64,000 nt of DNA from Octopus sinensis (taxonomy: Eukaryota): NCBI RefSeq assembly GCF_006345805.1, contig NC_043011.1, positions 38,948,464 to 39,012,463 of the forward strand, given 5' to 3'. A program made the position numbers and the translations under genes. Shown in pieces: positions 50,045 through 63,055 of the stretch. Position 1 is the stretch's first letter; each line of letters begins with the position of its first letter. The notes under the pieces are model-generated. The model was not told the DNA's origin, searched no databases, and saw only the letters and a program-made list of their open reading frames with translations.

Positions 50045-50229
50045 TAAATAGTATTTCATACATAAATATAAGAGGGAATTTTTTAACCACTATGTGGAAA
50101 CTCTTATTCTCAACCACTAAGAAATGTTCTCCAGAAAATTTAGCACACCATAGTGGATCTTCTAGCATAAGGGTTTCCACATATTGGTTAAAAAATTCCC
50201 TCGTATATTTATGTATGAAATACTATTTA
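50045..50229. repeat. Foldback with 62-bp arms (3 mismatches) and 61-bp spacer, part of dispersed element E
   Basis: 50045-50106 vs revcomp of 50168-50229; flanks match 56085-56300. Confidence 0.9.
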
Positions 50230-50310
50230 CTGAATCTCAGTTTTTTTATATGCTAGACCACTTGCATATAATATTAATATCCAATTTTTCACCCTCATTT
50301 TGATTTTTTT

Positions 50311-50342
<32 letters not shown>

Positions 50343-50354
50343 ATATGTGTGTGA

Positions 50355-50660
50355 AGGCACATGGCTTAGTGGTTAGAGTGTTGAACTCACGATTGCGAGA
50401 TCATGGGTTCAATTCTTAGACCAGGCGTTGCATTGTGTTCTTGAGCAAAGCACTTCACTTCATTTCACTTTGCTTTGCGATCATTTCATCATTTGACATA
50501 TAGCACATGGTGCACCTGTACAGGTAATGTCAATCTGATGGCGGGAATGAGCTTATGTCTACACAAACATTTGATCACTATAAACAAATCATCTTTCTGG
50601 TTGTTTGGCAAGAAATTGCCGATCCCTCATATGCCGTCTAACGACGGGAGAGTCCATTAC
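50355..50660 (+). mobile_element. Family B SINE, CORE-like start + tail W
   Basis: GGCACATGGCTTAGTGGTTAG head, TTGTGTTCTTGAGCAAAGCACTT, distinct tail. Confidence 0.65.
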
Positions 50661-50677
50661 ATATATTTAAACACACT

Positions 50678-50709
<32 letters not shown>

Positions 50710-51569
50710 TACTTGCACACATTGTGTGAAAGGAAGCTGGTTTATATGGATATAATCTCATATTAAGAAATGCAGACAACCAAGTATTTGTTCGTGATCT
50801 GATATTTCTAAATATGAGACTAAACACACACACACACATTTGTGCACATGCAGAAGCGTATCTCAGGAAGGAAGTAAAATGGATCCAATTCATGAAAAAG
50901 CCAGCAAGTTTAAACGTGAGTGGCTCCACAAATGCTGAGCTTGGCTCTAATTAGCAAAGTGTTTTTACAATGGTCAGTGGTAATTAGCGTTATTTTTGTG
51001 CTATTATTATAGGTTATTTCTGATCTCAATATAGACTTCAGGTAGCGTGTGTTTGTGAGTGCATGTGTGTGTATGTGTGTGTGTGTGTGTGTGTGTGGAG
51101 GTTGTTGGTTGCCGTGGTATTTGCTTTTGTTATTTATAACAGGAACATATTGTCTTGATGGAAGTTTGATGAACACCTCATTATACAACGAAAGAAGTTA
51201 TTTGTGACTTCAATGTTTAAGGGAATTATCACCACCACCGCCATCACCATCATCATCATCATTTAGCGCCTGTTTTCCAAACTAGCATGGACTACACTGT
51301 TTGATTGGAACTGGTAAGCTGCAGCAGGCTCCAGTCTGATTTTGGTTTCATTTCTACAGGTGGATGCTCTTCCTAATGTTAATCCCTACACGTTTTTTTT
51401 TTTCCTCTCATCCCTTTTGTTGAAGAGCATAGGCTCGAAACATCAAAGACTTCAATTCTTCCCAAACATCAAATTAATACACCTGCTTGTTGTTCCTTCA
51501 CTTGTCTTCGTCTTTTGTTTTTTTGAATGTGAATTAAATGCGTGTATACACACACACACACACACAATG

Positions 51570-51610
<41 letters not shown>

Positions 51611-51612
<2 letters not shown>

Positions 51613-52003
51613 TGCAGGGGTGGGTGTGTGGTAAGTAGCTTGCTTACCAACCACATGGGTCCATGTTCACTCCCACTATGTGGCACCTTGGGTAAGTGTC
51701 TTCTACTTGGGCTGACCAAAGCCTTGTGAGTGAATTTGGTAGATGGAAACTGAAAGAAGCCCATCATATATGTGTGTTTGGGTGTGTGTGTGTGTGTGTG
51801 TATATGTTTGTTCCCCCAACATCATTTGACAACCTATGCGCTGGTGTGTTTATGTCCCCTGTCACTTAGTAGTTCAGCAAGAGAGACTGATAGAATAGGT
51901 GCTAGGCTTACAAAGAATAAGTCTTGGGGTCGATTTGCTCAACTAAAGGCGGTGCTCCTGCATGGCTACAGTCAAATAGCTGAAACAAATAAAAGAATAA
52001 AAG
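51611..52003 (+). mobile_element. Family A SINE, full length
   Basis: Head, central tract and tail present. Confidence 0.85.
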
Positions 52004-52738
52004 TAATACTAGACATAATTTTAATAAAGTACAAGATATAAATATCCACACCATCACACCTGAAACGTACCTGTTGTAACTTTTAATCTTGATTTGAATG
52101 TACGTGAAGGTATTTAGAATCCCCAAACTCATTTCTGAAAATGTGCTAAGCACTGATTCTGACCATAGTTTAATCAATAGTGAGGTAAATGCAGTAAAAA
52201 TAGGAGAGGGGGGGGGCAGTAGGGCCCCAGAAATTGAACCTCCTTATGATACTCCCTGGGTGTTCATCATCATCGTTTAATGTCCGCTTTCCATGTTGGC
52301 ATGGGTTGGGGGATTTGACTGAGGATTGGCGAACCAGATGGCTGCACCAGGCTCCAATCTGATCTGGCAGTTTCTACAGCTGGATGCCCTTCCTAACGCC
52401 CAAAACTCCGAGAGTGTAGTGGGTGCTTTTACATGCCACCAGCACGAGGGCCAGTCAGGCGGTACTGAAATTCGTTATTGCTCCGAGTTGGTCGCCAATG
52501 CCATTTATTTAGTTTAAAATTCATTAAAAATAGAAGCGGGGTGGGGGGGCAGGGGCCACCAATTAGGTGGACCTTAAAAAATAAACTCCCTTAGGATATT
52601 TCCGGAGATTAGGGTAGTTGCTGGTTTGAGTTTGAGATTGTCCTTGCACCAACAGTTTAGGAGGAGTTAATGAACATAAAAGCATAACAGACAGAAGAAC
52701 ATCACTCAAATTTATATTAAAATACACACACACATAAT

Positions 52739-53090
52739 GTGGAGCACAATGGCCCAGTGGTTAGGGCAGCAGACTTGAAGTTGTGGGATCGTGGTTTCGA
52801 TTCCCAGACCAGGCATTGTGAGTGTTTTTATTGAGCGGAAACACCTAAAGCTCCACGGGGCTCCGACAGAGGGTGGTGGCAAACCCTGCTGTACTCTTTC
52901 ACCACATCTTTCTCTTACTCATTCTTCCTGTTTCTGTTGTCACAGGCTTGTCACACTCTCCCCGAGAACTACATTAAGGGTACACATGTCTGTGGAGTGC
53001 TCAGCCACTTTCACGTTAATTTCACGAGCAGGCTGTTCCGTTGATCGGATCAACTGGAACCCTCGTCGTCATAACCGACGGAGTGCCACA
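52739..53090 (+). mobile_element. Family B SINE (body B1 + tail Y)
   Basis: Aligns to 8502-8873 with an internal deletion. Confidence 0.85.
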
Positions 53091-53402
53091 ATATACAACA
53101 TATATATCTCTATATGTATATGTGTTAGACACACACATATAAATACATGTTTTTTTTTCACTCAAAGCACACTTCCTTAAGCACGAACTTCCTCTCCCTC
53201 ACACGAACACACACCACAACTTAACAACCTTGTCTCATCTCCTTATAAATACACATGCATAACTTTTTATGGCTTGCACAAAGAAAGGGAAAATTCAGTA
53301 ACTGGTGTTTTTGAATGTGTAATTTCAGCTTTATGAAAGTCATTTTAAAACTCCCTTATTTCCACCATAGGACAAAGGATTTGGGAATATATGAGCAATA
53401 GG

Positions 53403-53760
53403 GTTCTCTCTCTCTCTCTCTCTCTCTGCCCTCCCTCCCTCTCTCTCTGCCCTCTACCTCTCGCTGCCCTCCCTCTCTCTCTCTGCCCTCCCCCCTCTCT
53501 CTGCCCTCTCTCCCTCTCTCTGCCCTTTCTCCCTCTCTCTACCCTCCTCCTCTCTCTGCCCTCCCTCCCTCTCTCTGCCCTCCCTCCCTCTCTCTGGCCT
53601 CTCTCCCTCTCTCTCTACCCTTTCTCCCTCTCTGCCCTCCTCCCTCTCTCTCTGCCCTCCATCCCACTCTCTCTCTTTGCTCTCCCTCCTCTCTCTGCCC
53701 CCTCTCTGCCTTCCTTCCCTCTCTTTCTGTCCTGCGCCCTCAGTGTCTCGCCCTCTCTGC
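53403..53760 (+). repeat. C/T minisatellite, unit approximately CTCTCTCTCTGCCCTCC
   Basis: Repeated TGCCCT anchors in a CT background. Confidence 0.88.
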
Positions 53761-54489
53761 TCTCCCCCTACCTGATGTACCCCACCCGACATGATTTTAC
53801 CTAATTCTCATTTCTTTACCGGTAGTAATTAATAAATATTTATAAATGGCATTTTCTTTCTCACTCTCTCTCCCCCTCTCTCTCTTCATATGTATTTGTT
53901 CTTTCTTTACTTTTTTCCTTCCCTCTGTTTCTTTCTCTCCTTTCAGCTCCGGCTGATGTTGCTACAATGTTCACAACTCGCGTCCCACCCCACCCCAACT
54001 CCAATTAAGACGACTTTAATTGCCTGTTTCTTTAATTGAACGTGCAGTGTCTTGAAGTAGTGGTTAAATGTGTCTTCTTCATTTCCTAATTAAGTTAATT
54101 AATCAATGAATTGTCTGTTTAAAATATACTGCATTACTATACAGCTTCTATATACTTTACTTTTTTTTTTTTTTTGCTTTTTCTGTTGCTTCTTTTACTC
54201 ATTGGAATGTGGCCATGCTGGTGCACTAACTTAAGGGATTTAGTTATCTCGAACCAACCCCATTTTGTATTTTCTTTCTTCGTAGTTTTTGCAAAACTGC
54301 TAAGTTATGGGGATGTAAACAAACCAGCACTGGTTGTCAAGTGTTGTGTGTGTTGGAGAGTGGGGAAGAGAACTGGACCCCTGTCAGTTACGATGACAAG
54401 GGTTCCAGTTGATCCGATCAATGGAACAGCTTGCTGGAGAAAATTTATCTGTAAGTGGCTGACTACTCCACAGACAAGCACACTTTTCA

Positions 54490-54889
54490 CCCTTTAGTAT
54501 ATATATATGACCTATGTAGTATAAATGTATATATAAATGGGGTTAATTTTAGCTATCTCTCTATAGATTGATAAAATGACAAACAGCCTCAATCAATTTT
54601 CAAGCATTATTGGACTCTCATCAGGTGTCAATATCAATTTAACCAATCCTAGAGAAACAAGCAACCTATCTGATTATATACTGAACAAATCCCGATTACT
54701 TTGTCAAGTTCGATGCTTATGTATTTGCATTGTTTTGAATTAATCATGCATTATCCTGTAGTCTTGAGATTTCAACGATGTCATTATATTCTCGTAGAAT
54801 GAAATTGTAGGGTAGGTGTGAGAGGCCATATCTGGTCGATTCAGATGTAAAACCAGTAGAATATTTCGGCTAGTTTAGATGCTAAAGGG
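54490..54889. mobile_element. piggyBac-like MITE, second family, with an insert at about 54501-54690
   Basis: TTCA-CCCTTTAGTAT ... ATGCTAAAGGG-TTGA (decayed TTAA). Confidence 0.6.
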
Positions 54890-55277
54890 TTGATATAATC
54901 CTCAAGGAGATTCAGCATCACACGCACACACACACATACACACACTCACATACACACACACACACACACATCTTTCAGTACCCAATGCTTTTCCTGTCAC
55001 CAACGATTTCACAGTATGGACTGAAAGTATCGTTTATTTTTGTGCTACCCACAGGTGCTCTAGACGCTGGGGTTGTCTGCATCATGACTGGAGTGTCTGC
55101 TCTCTACTACCCCACACCCCACCTCCCCTTCACCGCCCGCCCCTCATCTGCTGTCATTTTCTTTAAAGATTAAAATAAATACTGCAAGACTTTATTATTC
55201 CGTATGTTATTGATTTATATTAAAGCCACTTCATTCACTACATTACATGGCTTACTGCAATAAAGATTGCTTTATGT

Positions 55278-55311
<34 letters not shown>

Positions 55312-55463
55312 ATATGTATGTGTGTGTGTGTGAATGTAAGTATATACATATGTCTATATATATATCAGTATATACATATGTGTATGTATATGAAAGTATA
55401 TTTTTGTGTCTATATATATAAGTATATACATATGTATGTTTCTGTTTATATGTAAGTATATGT

Positions 55464-55541
<78 letters not shown>

Positions 55542-55690
55542 ATGTATGTGTGTATGTATGTATAAGCATAATATATGTATTTTATCTTAAATAAAACATA
55601 AAATTTATTTTCCTTTGATAAGCAAGTATTAGACTCCAAAAATAAGTTGTCTCTGAGGCATCCAAATCAGTCTTCATATAGCATTTCTTA

Positions 55691-55723
<33 letters not shown>

Positions 55724-56026
55724 GTCTTTTGCTTGTTTCTGTCATTAGACTGCAGCCTTGCTGGGTTTGTTTTTGAAAAAATTTCTTAGTCATACAGATC
55801 AACCCCTCTACTGACTTACTGAAATTCTGGTACTTATTCTGTCAGTCTCTTTCGCTGAACTACTAAGTTACTGTGATGTAAACAAACCAAGACCTGTTGT
55901 CAAGTGGTGATGCTAGGAGACGCGGGATGGACTTCCACAGTCTCTATCAAATTCACTTAAGGCATTGGTCAGTCCAGGGCTTTAGTACAAGACACTTGCC
56001 CAAGATGCTGAGCAGTAGGACTGAAC

Positions 56027-56946
56027 CCAAGACCATGTGCTTGCAAGGTAAGCTTTTTAGCCACAAATCAATATATATATACACATATAAATTTTCTTGA
56101 GAACATTCCTTTCTTAGTGGTAAGACCATAGGGGGTCGACTTCTAGCATAATGGCTGTCCAGTTAGTGGTCATCCCTCTTATATGTATGTAATATAATTT
56201 TTCTGAATTTTCAGATTTTTCTAAATGCTAGACCACTGGTTTTAAATTGATATTAATTAAATTAATATTCACCCTTATTATTTTTCACCCTTATTTTAAA
56301 TTTATATATATATATATCTCAAGGGTTGAACAGACAGAACACAACAAGGAGAAAAAGTTAGACGAAAGCAGAGCAAACGGGAAACTAGATGAAAACTTAA
56401 TGGATGGGGAATATAGACGAAGACATGATACATGGAATATTTGCTGCTGAGTTTTCTTCTTCAGCCAATGGACCAAAATATCATTGGTTTTGCACCATTA
56501 TCATTGAGACCACTCAATTTTGGAGGTGCCAGAGCTGTTATTAAGCTACAGGGAAAAAGCTAGTGAATGCATACTGAGACAGAAACAAACAAGACATATA
56601 AATACAACAGACGAAGAATTAAGGATATATAATAGCATGAAGCCTTATGGCTATATCCATCAGAAGAAAAGATAATTATACAAATGCCACAAATACAATA
56701 GAAAGAGCTTTGCAGCTGTCGAACAAACTTACTGGGGTTGCACAGGGTGAAATGGATTAAGTCCAAATGGATGTAGCAGGAGCCAAGACCAGCATGACCT
56801 GTCTGGTCCAAAATATATAAATATATATATAAAATACATGACTTGGTTTCAGTTTCATAGTACGGCACCTTGGGCAAGTATCTTCTATAACATGGAAATT
56901 AAAAGGAATGTTGTTTTGTGTGTGAGTGTGTGTATATGTGTGTGTG

Positions 56947-57013
<67 letters not shown>

Positions 57014-57877
57014 GTATGCACACGTGTGTGTGTATATGAGTCAGATTTTCAACTGTTGGATGCCCTTAGTGCCACCAGCCCTCACCTTTTTTTGAAGTAA
57101 TTCAATATTCTCTATGACGTGCTTCTTATGGCAGACTGGAAATGAAGATCACCACTTTTATGCTATTTATACTTGCTTACACCTGTCACATGATGACGAG
57201 GCAAAGACACAGTAACTAACACACAAGCAAACTTTTATATGCATGCCTGTGTATGTGTGTATCATCATCATCATCGTTTAACGTCCGTTCTCCATGCTAG
57301 CATGGGTTGGACGGTTCGACTGGGGATCTGGAAAGCCAGAAGGCTGCACCAGGCTCTAGTCTTATCTGGCAATGTTTCTACGGCTGGATGCCCTTCCTAA
57401 CGCTAACCACTCCGTGAGTGTAGTGGGTGCTTTTTACGTGCCACCTGCATGTATATATATACACATACACACATAAATAAAGTATATATATATACTTCTC
57501 ACCACACAACCACTCCTGCGCATATATATTGACAAGTAGTTGGGAAGCAGACTCCTTACCACAGCTGTACCCGTGGCATTCCAAGTTCAAATCTAACTGA
57601 ACTAAACTTTGCTTTTCATCCTTCTGGGGTCAGTTAAACGAAATATCAGTGACGTACTGCAGTTAATGTAATTGGCAGGTTCCTCTTAACATATTCTTTT
57701 GTTGTGCATTCATCACAAGTTAGTTTTAAGATCATAGTGAGAGCCAAGACCATGTGCTTGCAAGGTAAGCTTTTTAGCTACAAATCAATATATTTATATA
57801 TATATATTACATACATATAAATTTTCTTGAGAACATTCCTTTCCTAGTGGTAAGACCATAGGGGGTCGACTTCTAGC
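56027..57877 (+). repeat. Direct repeat pair 56027-56147 and 57744-57877
   Basis: CCAAGACCATGTGCTTGCAAGGTAAGC...GGGGGTCGACTTCTAGC in both; they differ mainly in the TA tract. Confidence 0.93.
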
Positions 57878-58244
57878 TTTGGATTTAGCCCCCACACTTG
57901 TTTTTTTTGTTGATATTTTTGTAATTTGTAGCTGCTCAAGTAGCAGTATTGATAATGGCCCCTCCTTTAGTGGCTTTGTATGATATCATGTTTGTACCCA
58001 AGGGTTAGCTTTGCCTCACATCTACTCACCTACTTCAAGAACTCTAAAACTGAAGTTGATAACCAGATCTTGAGAGACCTATGTCAGTATTTTGTTCTGT
58101 TGTGTATGTGTACTTAAATATGTGCCTGCACTTCCTTCAGAAATGGTCCTTATCTGATTAAACCTATTACAATTCCGTCAGGATTTGAAATATATAACAA
58201 CAAATAATAGTAATAATAATAATAATATAATGATTATGATGATG

Positions 58245-58440
58245 ATTTCTTTTATTTGGCACCAGGGGACAATACGAAGACAGACATGAAGTGTTGGGGT
58301 TTACATTATAATGGAATGATAAAATAAAAAGTATACATGAAGAAGGGAAATATACATAGAAAAAGAGGGGGGGAAGTGATTGTGATGGGTTCCCCCAGAT
58401 TCAGGAGGACCTCTAGGGATAATCAAAGAACCTCACCATC
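58245..58440 (-). mobile_element. Probable Tx1/L1 3' UTR remnant
   Basis: Minus strand ends GTCCCCTGGTGCCAAATAAAAGAAATC(ATC)n after a pyrimidine-rich stretch. Confidence 0.4.
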
Positions 58441-59317
58441 CAATAAAATTAATAATTTTAGCATAATTGGCATAATTTTGGCATAAAGCCAGCAATTTCG
58501 TGGGAGGAGGTGAGTTGCTTACATCGACCCCCAGTACTTATTTTGGTGACCCCCCTCGAAGGGATGAAAGGTAAAGTTGAACTCAGAAGCGAGAAGAAAC
58601 GCTGCTAAGCATTTGTGTGGCATGCTAATGATTCTACCAACTTACCGCCTTAGTAGCAGTAATAATAATAATAATAATTATAATAATGATGATGATGATG
58701 ATGATGATTAAATAGTTATAGAAATGAAAATGGATGCCAGAAAATGAAAATATAATTGCTAAAAAAAAAAAAAGTGAACCATTTCAGTGAGCGTAGGATT
58801 GGGGGAAGAGGTGTTCAGTTCCTGTTCCAAGTCACTACCTCCACACCTTTCTGAAATTGCAGGCACCACCACCTTTTTCTTTTCCTTTCTTGTTTTTTTT
58901 TTTTTTTTGAATTTCTCACTACCTACTACTTAGATGCGTCTCCTTATCAAGCGGAGGGGTTAGTTATGCATGCACTTGATTGCATTCCCCCAGGTAATCA
59001 AACTGAAAACTTAGCTCTGTGTATGTCAGCATATAGATGAGTATCTAAGTGTGTATGTTTGTGTGTGTGTATGTATACACATATATATACATACACACAC
59101 AACCATATGCAGCTCTCTCTCTTACCCATGAGCTGCTTTTTTTTTTAACTTACTGCTAATTGTGGAAAAACAAAAAACGTGTACACACACACACTTATCT
59201 CAACACCAGTTTGACTCTATCTTCCATAATGGCTTGGGATGGGCATACAAGCAACCAAACATACACACAAATGTATGTGATGTATGTATGTATGTGTATG
59301 TGTGTGTATATATATAT

Positions 59318-59384
<67 letters not shown>

Positions 59385-59703
59385 CTACACGTGCATTTGT
59401 ATATATACATATATATGTGTGTGTGTGTATATATATATTATATATATATATAATATATATATATATATACTGTTTGTTTCTTCTTTTGTTTTCTCTATTT
59501 ATATTCTTTTGATCTAAGAACAGGTCAGTCTGTTGGAATATATTCAGCTTTTTTCGGTTTTTATCTTTGTTTTTTTTTTCTCTTTCACTAGATTATAAAT
59601 TTTTTTTTCAAATAAGTTCTGTTTTGTTCCCGTTTCTAAATAGTTCTCACTCATTGTTAAAATGGTTTTTCAATGGCTTAAATTAATAATGAATTCTTAC
59701 AGA

Positions 59704-59747
<44 letters not shown>

Positions 59748-59956
59748 CATACACACACATACATAGAAAACAAGGTTATTTTAATTCACATGGGTAGAAA
59801 CATAGGATAAATAGAAGATGAAAATGCACTGAGAATAGTTAGAAGTATTTTTTCATTCACTGGTTTCACAGTTTACACTGATTTTCAAAAAGTTGAAATA
59901 GAAAGAAGTGGCTTATGTTGCTTCTGACTTGTGTTTGAAGCTTGTCCTATTTTTAT

Positions 59957-60021
59957 AGGGAGTTCATGGCTCAGATTAGGGAGTTCATGGCTCAAATTAA
60001 GGAGTTCATAGCTCAAATTAG
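59957..60021 (+). repeat. Three tandem 21-bp repeats
   Basis: AGGGAGTTCATGGCTCAGATT / AGGGAGTTCATGGCTCAAATT / AAGGAGTTCATAGCTCAAATT. Confidence 0.95.
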
Positions 60022-60219
60022 TATATGTTTTGATTGGTAGAGGACAGTCACATGACTGGTCTTAGAAATTTTAGGCCTATTGTTGCAGGCCTGAATTGTG
60101 AAGGACACTGACTCAGCAACTTTTCAGATGTGTTACTGAAACCTATTTCAAAATACATTCCAAATCTTGTAAGGGACGACCTGTATCTAAATCATCTACA
60201 TGCTCGAATCAAGTGGTCC

Positions 60220-61265
60220 AGGTTCATTTTGGACATTACTCTATGGCAGCTTTCAAAGAATCTTTGGTGTTATTGGCGTGTTCATTGACCTCTCTCTCAA
60301 CAACACTCCACATGTAATAATAGTCCAATGGATTGAGATCTAGGGAATTAGGAGGCCAAATGTTAGGGGTTATGTGATCATGAAAACTTTCTGCCATCCA
60401 TTCCTGTGTTATTAGAGCCATATGTGATAGTGCAGAGTGTTACTTATTTGACCTTCCATTGCATACACTGTCTATCCAGGGCTTAACAGTTGTTTCCAGG
60501 ACCTCAGTGTAGGCGGCAGAGTTAAGTCTAAGGCCTTGTAGAAAGAAGTAAGGAGGCATCACATGTCCTTCATTGCTAACAACCCCTAAAACCACGACAG
60601 TTGCAAGAAGTCTTGTATGCATAACACTTGGAGCTTCAGAAGTGTCTGCACATGACCATCTGTCACTTCTTCTGTTGACTTTTTGATCTTGGTTGAAGAT
60701 TTTCTTATTCGAGAAAAACCAAATCAAATCTTCTGCTAGATTTTTCAGTTTGTTTAAGAGCCTTTTAGATCTGATGTAGTGATTTTCTTTTGCTTTTTCC
60801 GACAAATTGACCTTTCCTCATCATATAAGACTTATCTGATGCCTTTGTGGGCAACATTTCTGACTGTTCCTTCTGGCACATGGAGATCTTTTACAATTGA
60901 CCTCATGGACTTTCTGGGAGTGTAATCAATGGTCTGTTGAATTTGCTGGATAAATTCAAGTGTTCTGATGATTTCAGAGCATTTAGAATGCTACTTATGT
61001 TTTGATACTGGTGATACGTTTCCATCTTCAGTCTGTAGCTCCTTACAAACTTTGTTGACAAAAGATCTGGCAACTTTTAAAAGTCGAGATATTTCTAAAT
61101 CACTATGCTCACCCTTTATAACCACAATAAGAGTATGCCTCTTCATTTCTTGAGTAAGCTGAGGTTCTGCCGTTATTATCTTCCGAAATAAAGATTATAC
61201 AGAGATAGCAAAAAATGCTGCAATGACCTAAAAAAGGCACGTCCTCAAATACCTCACACACCATG
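60220..61265 (-). mobile_element. Decayed maT/DD37D-like transposase element
   Basis: N-terminal MKRHTLIVVIK...SMRSIVKDLHV (ATG 61146); core WFFSNKKIF..., VVVLGVVSNEG, YTEVLETTVKPW; C-terminal WPPNSLDLNPLDY. Stops and frameshifts present; candidate end CATGGTGTGTGAGG-TA at about 61265. Confidence 0.85.
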
Positions 61266-61743
61266 TATATAAAAATAGGTTATATACATTATGTGTGTGT
61301 GTATGTATAATATATTTATGTTAGAATGAGGTTGTTTGGGTGAAGCATTGTCAGGCATAGCTTTAAAGAATATAGTTGTGTAAAGCTGGAACAATGCGAG
61401 AAGGTACAAAGTAAACTACAAAAGGAAGAGAAAACAATGAAATTGCAGATCTACCTTGTATTTCTATATTTTGGGGTGAGCCTGGTGCAGCTATCTCAGT
61501 CAAATCGTCCAACCCATGCTAGCATATGTATGTATATATATTACAGAGATGTACTGGCATAGCAAGTAACCTGATCTGAGATCATGTGCTGAAACAAAAG
61601 CAATTGCAGCATGGAAGGTATTTATAAGCCATTTAAAAACACACAAAAACCGTTAGATTCACTTCAACATTTAAAGTTGTCAAAATATTTTCGTCGATTT
61701 GAGACTGCAACCTGTACATATATACATACACACATGAATACTT

Positions 61744-61777
<34 letters not shown>

Positions 61778-62250
61778 ACTACACACATGCATATACACAC
61801 AAATCACACCGCCATGCCCTTGGCACAAAGGCATTTGAAACATTTAAAAGAAGAAAATAATTAGAACCTCTTCCAAACACCTGCATGAGTTAATGAGGGA
61901 GCCTCGAAGCAATCATTTACCCTACTGGAAATAGCAATCAAAATTCCCTTAAATTACACCCTACTGTCTTGGTGCATTGTGTAAGACGTCTCATTTGAAT
62001 AAAAGATAGGCTTGATTCAAAGTTGTCCTGGGGTTAAGCAGTGATCAGTTATTGGAATAAGAGCGTTGTAGATAATTAGATACCACTGATTCAAGTAGCC
62101 GGGCTTTGGAACTAACTACCAGATTAAATTCACCTTGTGGGGGTGGAGAAGTTTCCTGCGATAGACCAATGTCCTCCACCTGGAGAAAATTTTGCCTATC
62201 TCTTTCTGTTTTTCTCTTTCTCTTTCTTGTTAACATATGAGTGAGCTTCT

Positions 62251-62484
62251 TATTTCTTTACTGCCCACAAGGGGCTACACACAGAGAGGACAAACAAGGA
62301 CAGACAAAGGGATTAAGTCGATTATATCGACCCCAGTGCATAACTGGTACTTAATTTATCAACCCTGAAAGGATGAAAGACAAAGTCGATCTTGGCGGAA
62401 TTGGAACTCAGAATGTAGCAGCAGACGAAATACCGCTAACCATTTCACCCGGCATGCTAATGTTTCTGCCAGGTCGCCGCCTTA
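62251..62484 (-). mobile_element. Family C SINE, full length, 16-bp TSD
   Basis: TSD ATATGAGTGAGCTTCT at 62235-62250 and 62485-62500. Confidence 0.92.
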
Positions 62485-63055
62485 ATATGAGTGAGCTTCT
62501 GTGTGGTTGTTTGACTTGCTAGAAAATAACAAATTCCCCCACAAATCTGAACCATTTTAACCCTTTTGTTACAATTTTTTTTTTTTTTTTTTGTTAGTTA
62601 CACTTCCTTTGCTTCCTTCAATTCAGGAAATAATGAAGAATTTTTCTGAAATATTATTAATTATTCATTTACTAAAATATCATTAATCCGTTGTTTGGAT
62701 CATAAATTAACATGGAATTTTGATGGAAGGTTTTGATTTAAATCGTTTTAAAATAGGAAATTTGTATCACAGCATCAGAGGCTGTCTCAGGCAGGATTGG
62801 TATCAAAAATGGTTATAAAGAAGGTAAAAATAGATTGGGTTGGAATCAAGCTTCTTACTACACAGCCATGTCCGCACCTACCTTACCACACTGTCACACC
62901 TGGATGATGATTACGATGATGATGATGATGAACAGGATGACAGGCTTCTTTCAGTTTCTGTTTATCAAATCCAATCATAAAGTCTTGGTTAGCTTGGGGC
63001 TATATAATACGACACTTGGAAGACACTTAACCATTTTGTTACCACATTTCTGTTG

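Noticed and set aside
56465-56563. Acceptor followed by PMDQNIIGFAPLSLRPLNFGG...
   Set aside because: No mannosidase motif, ends in a stop without a donor, and lies in repeat-like sequence.
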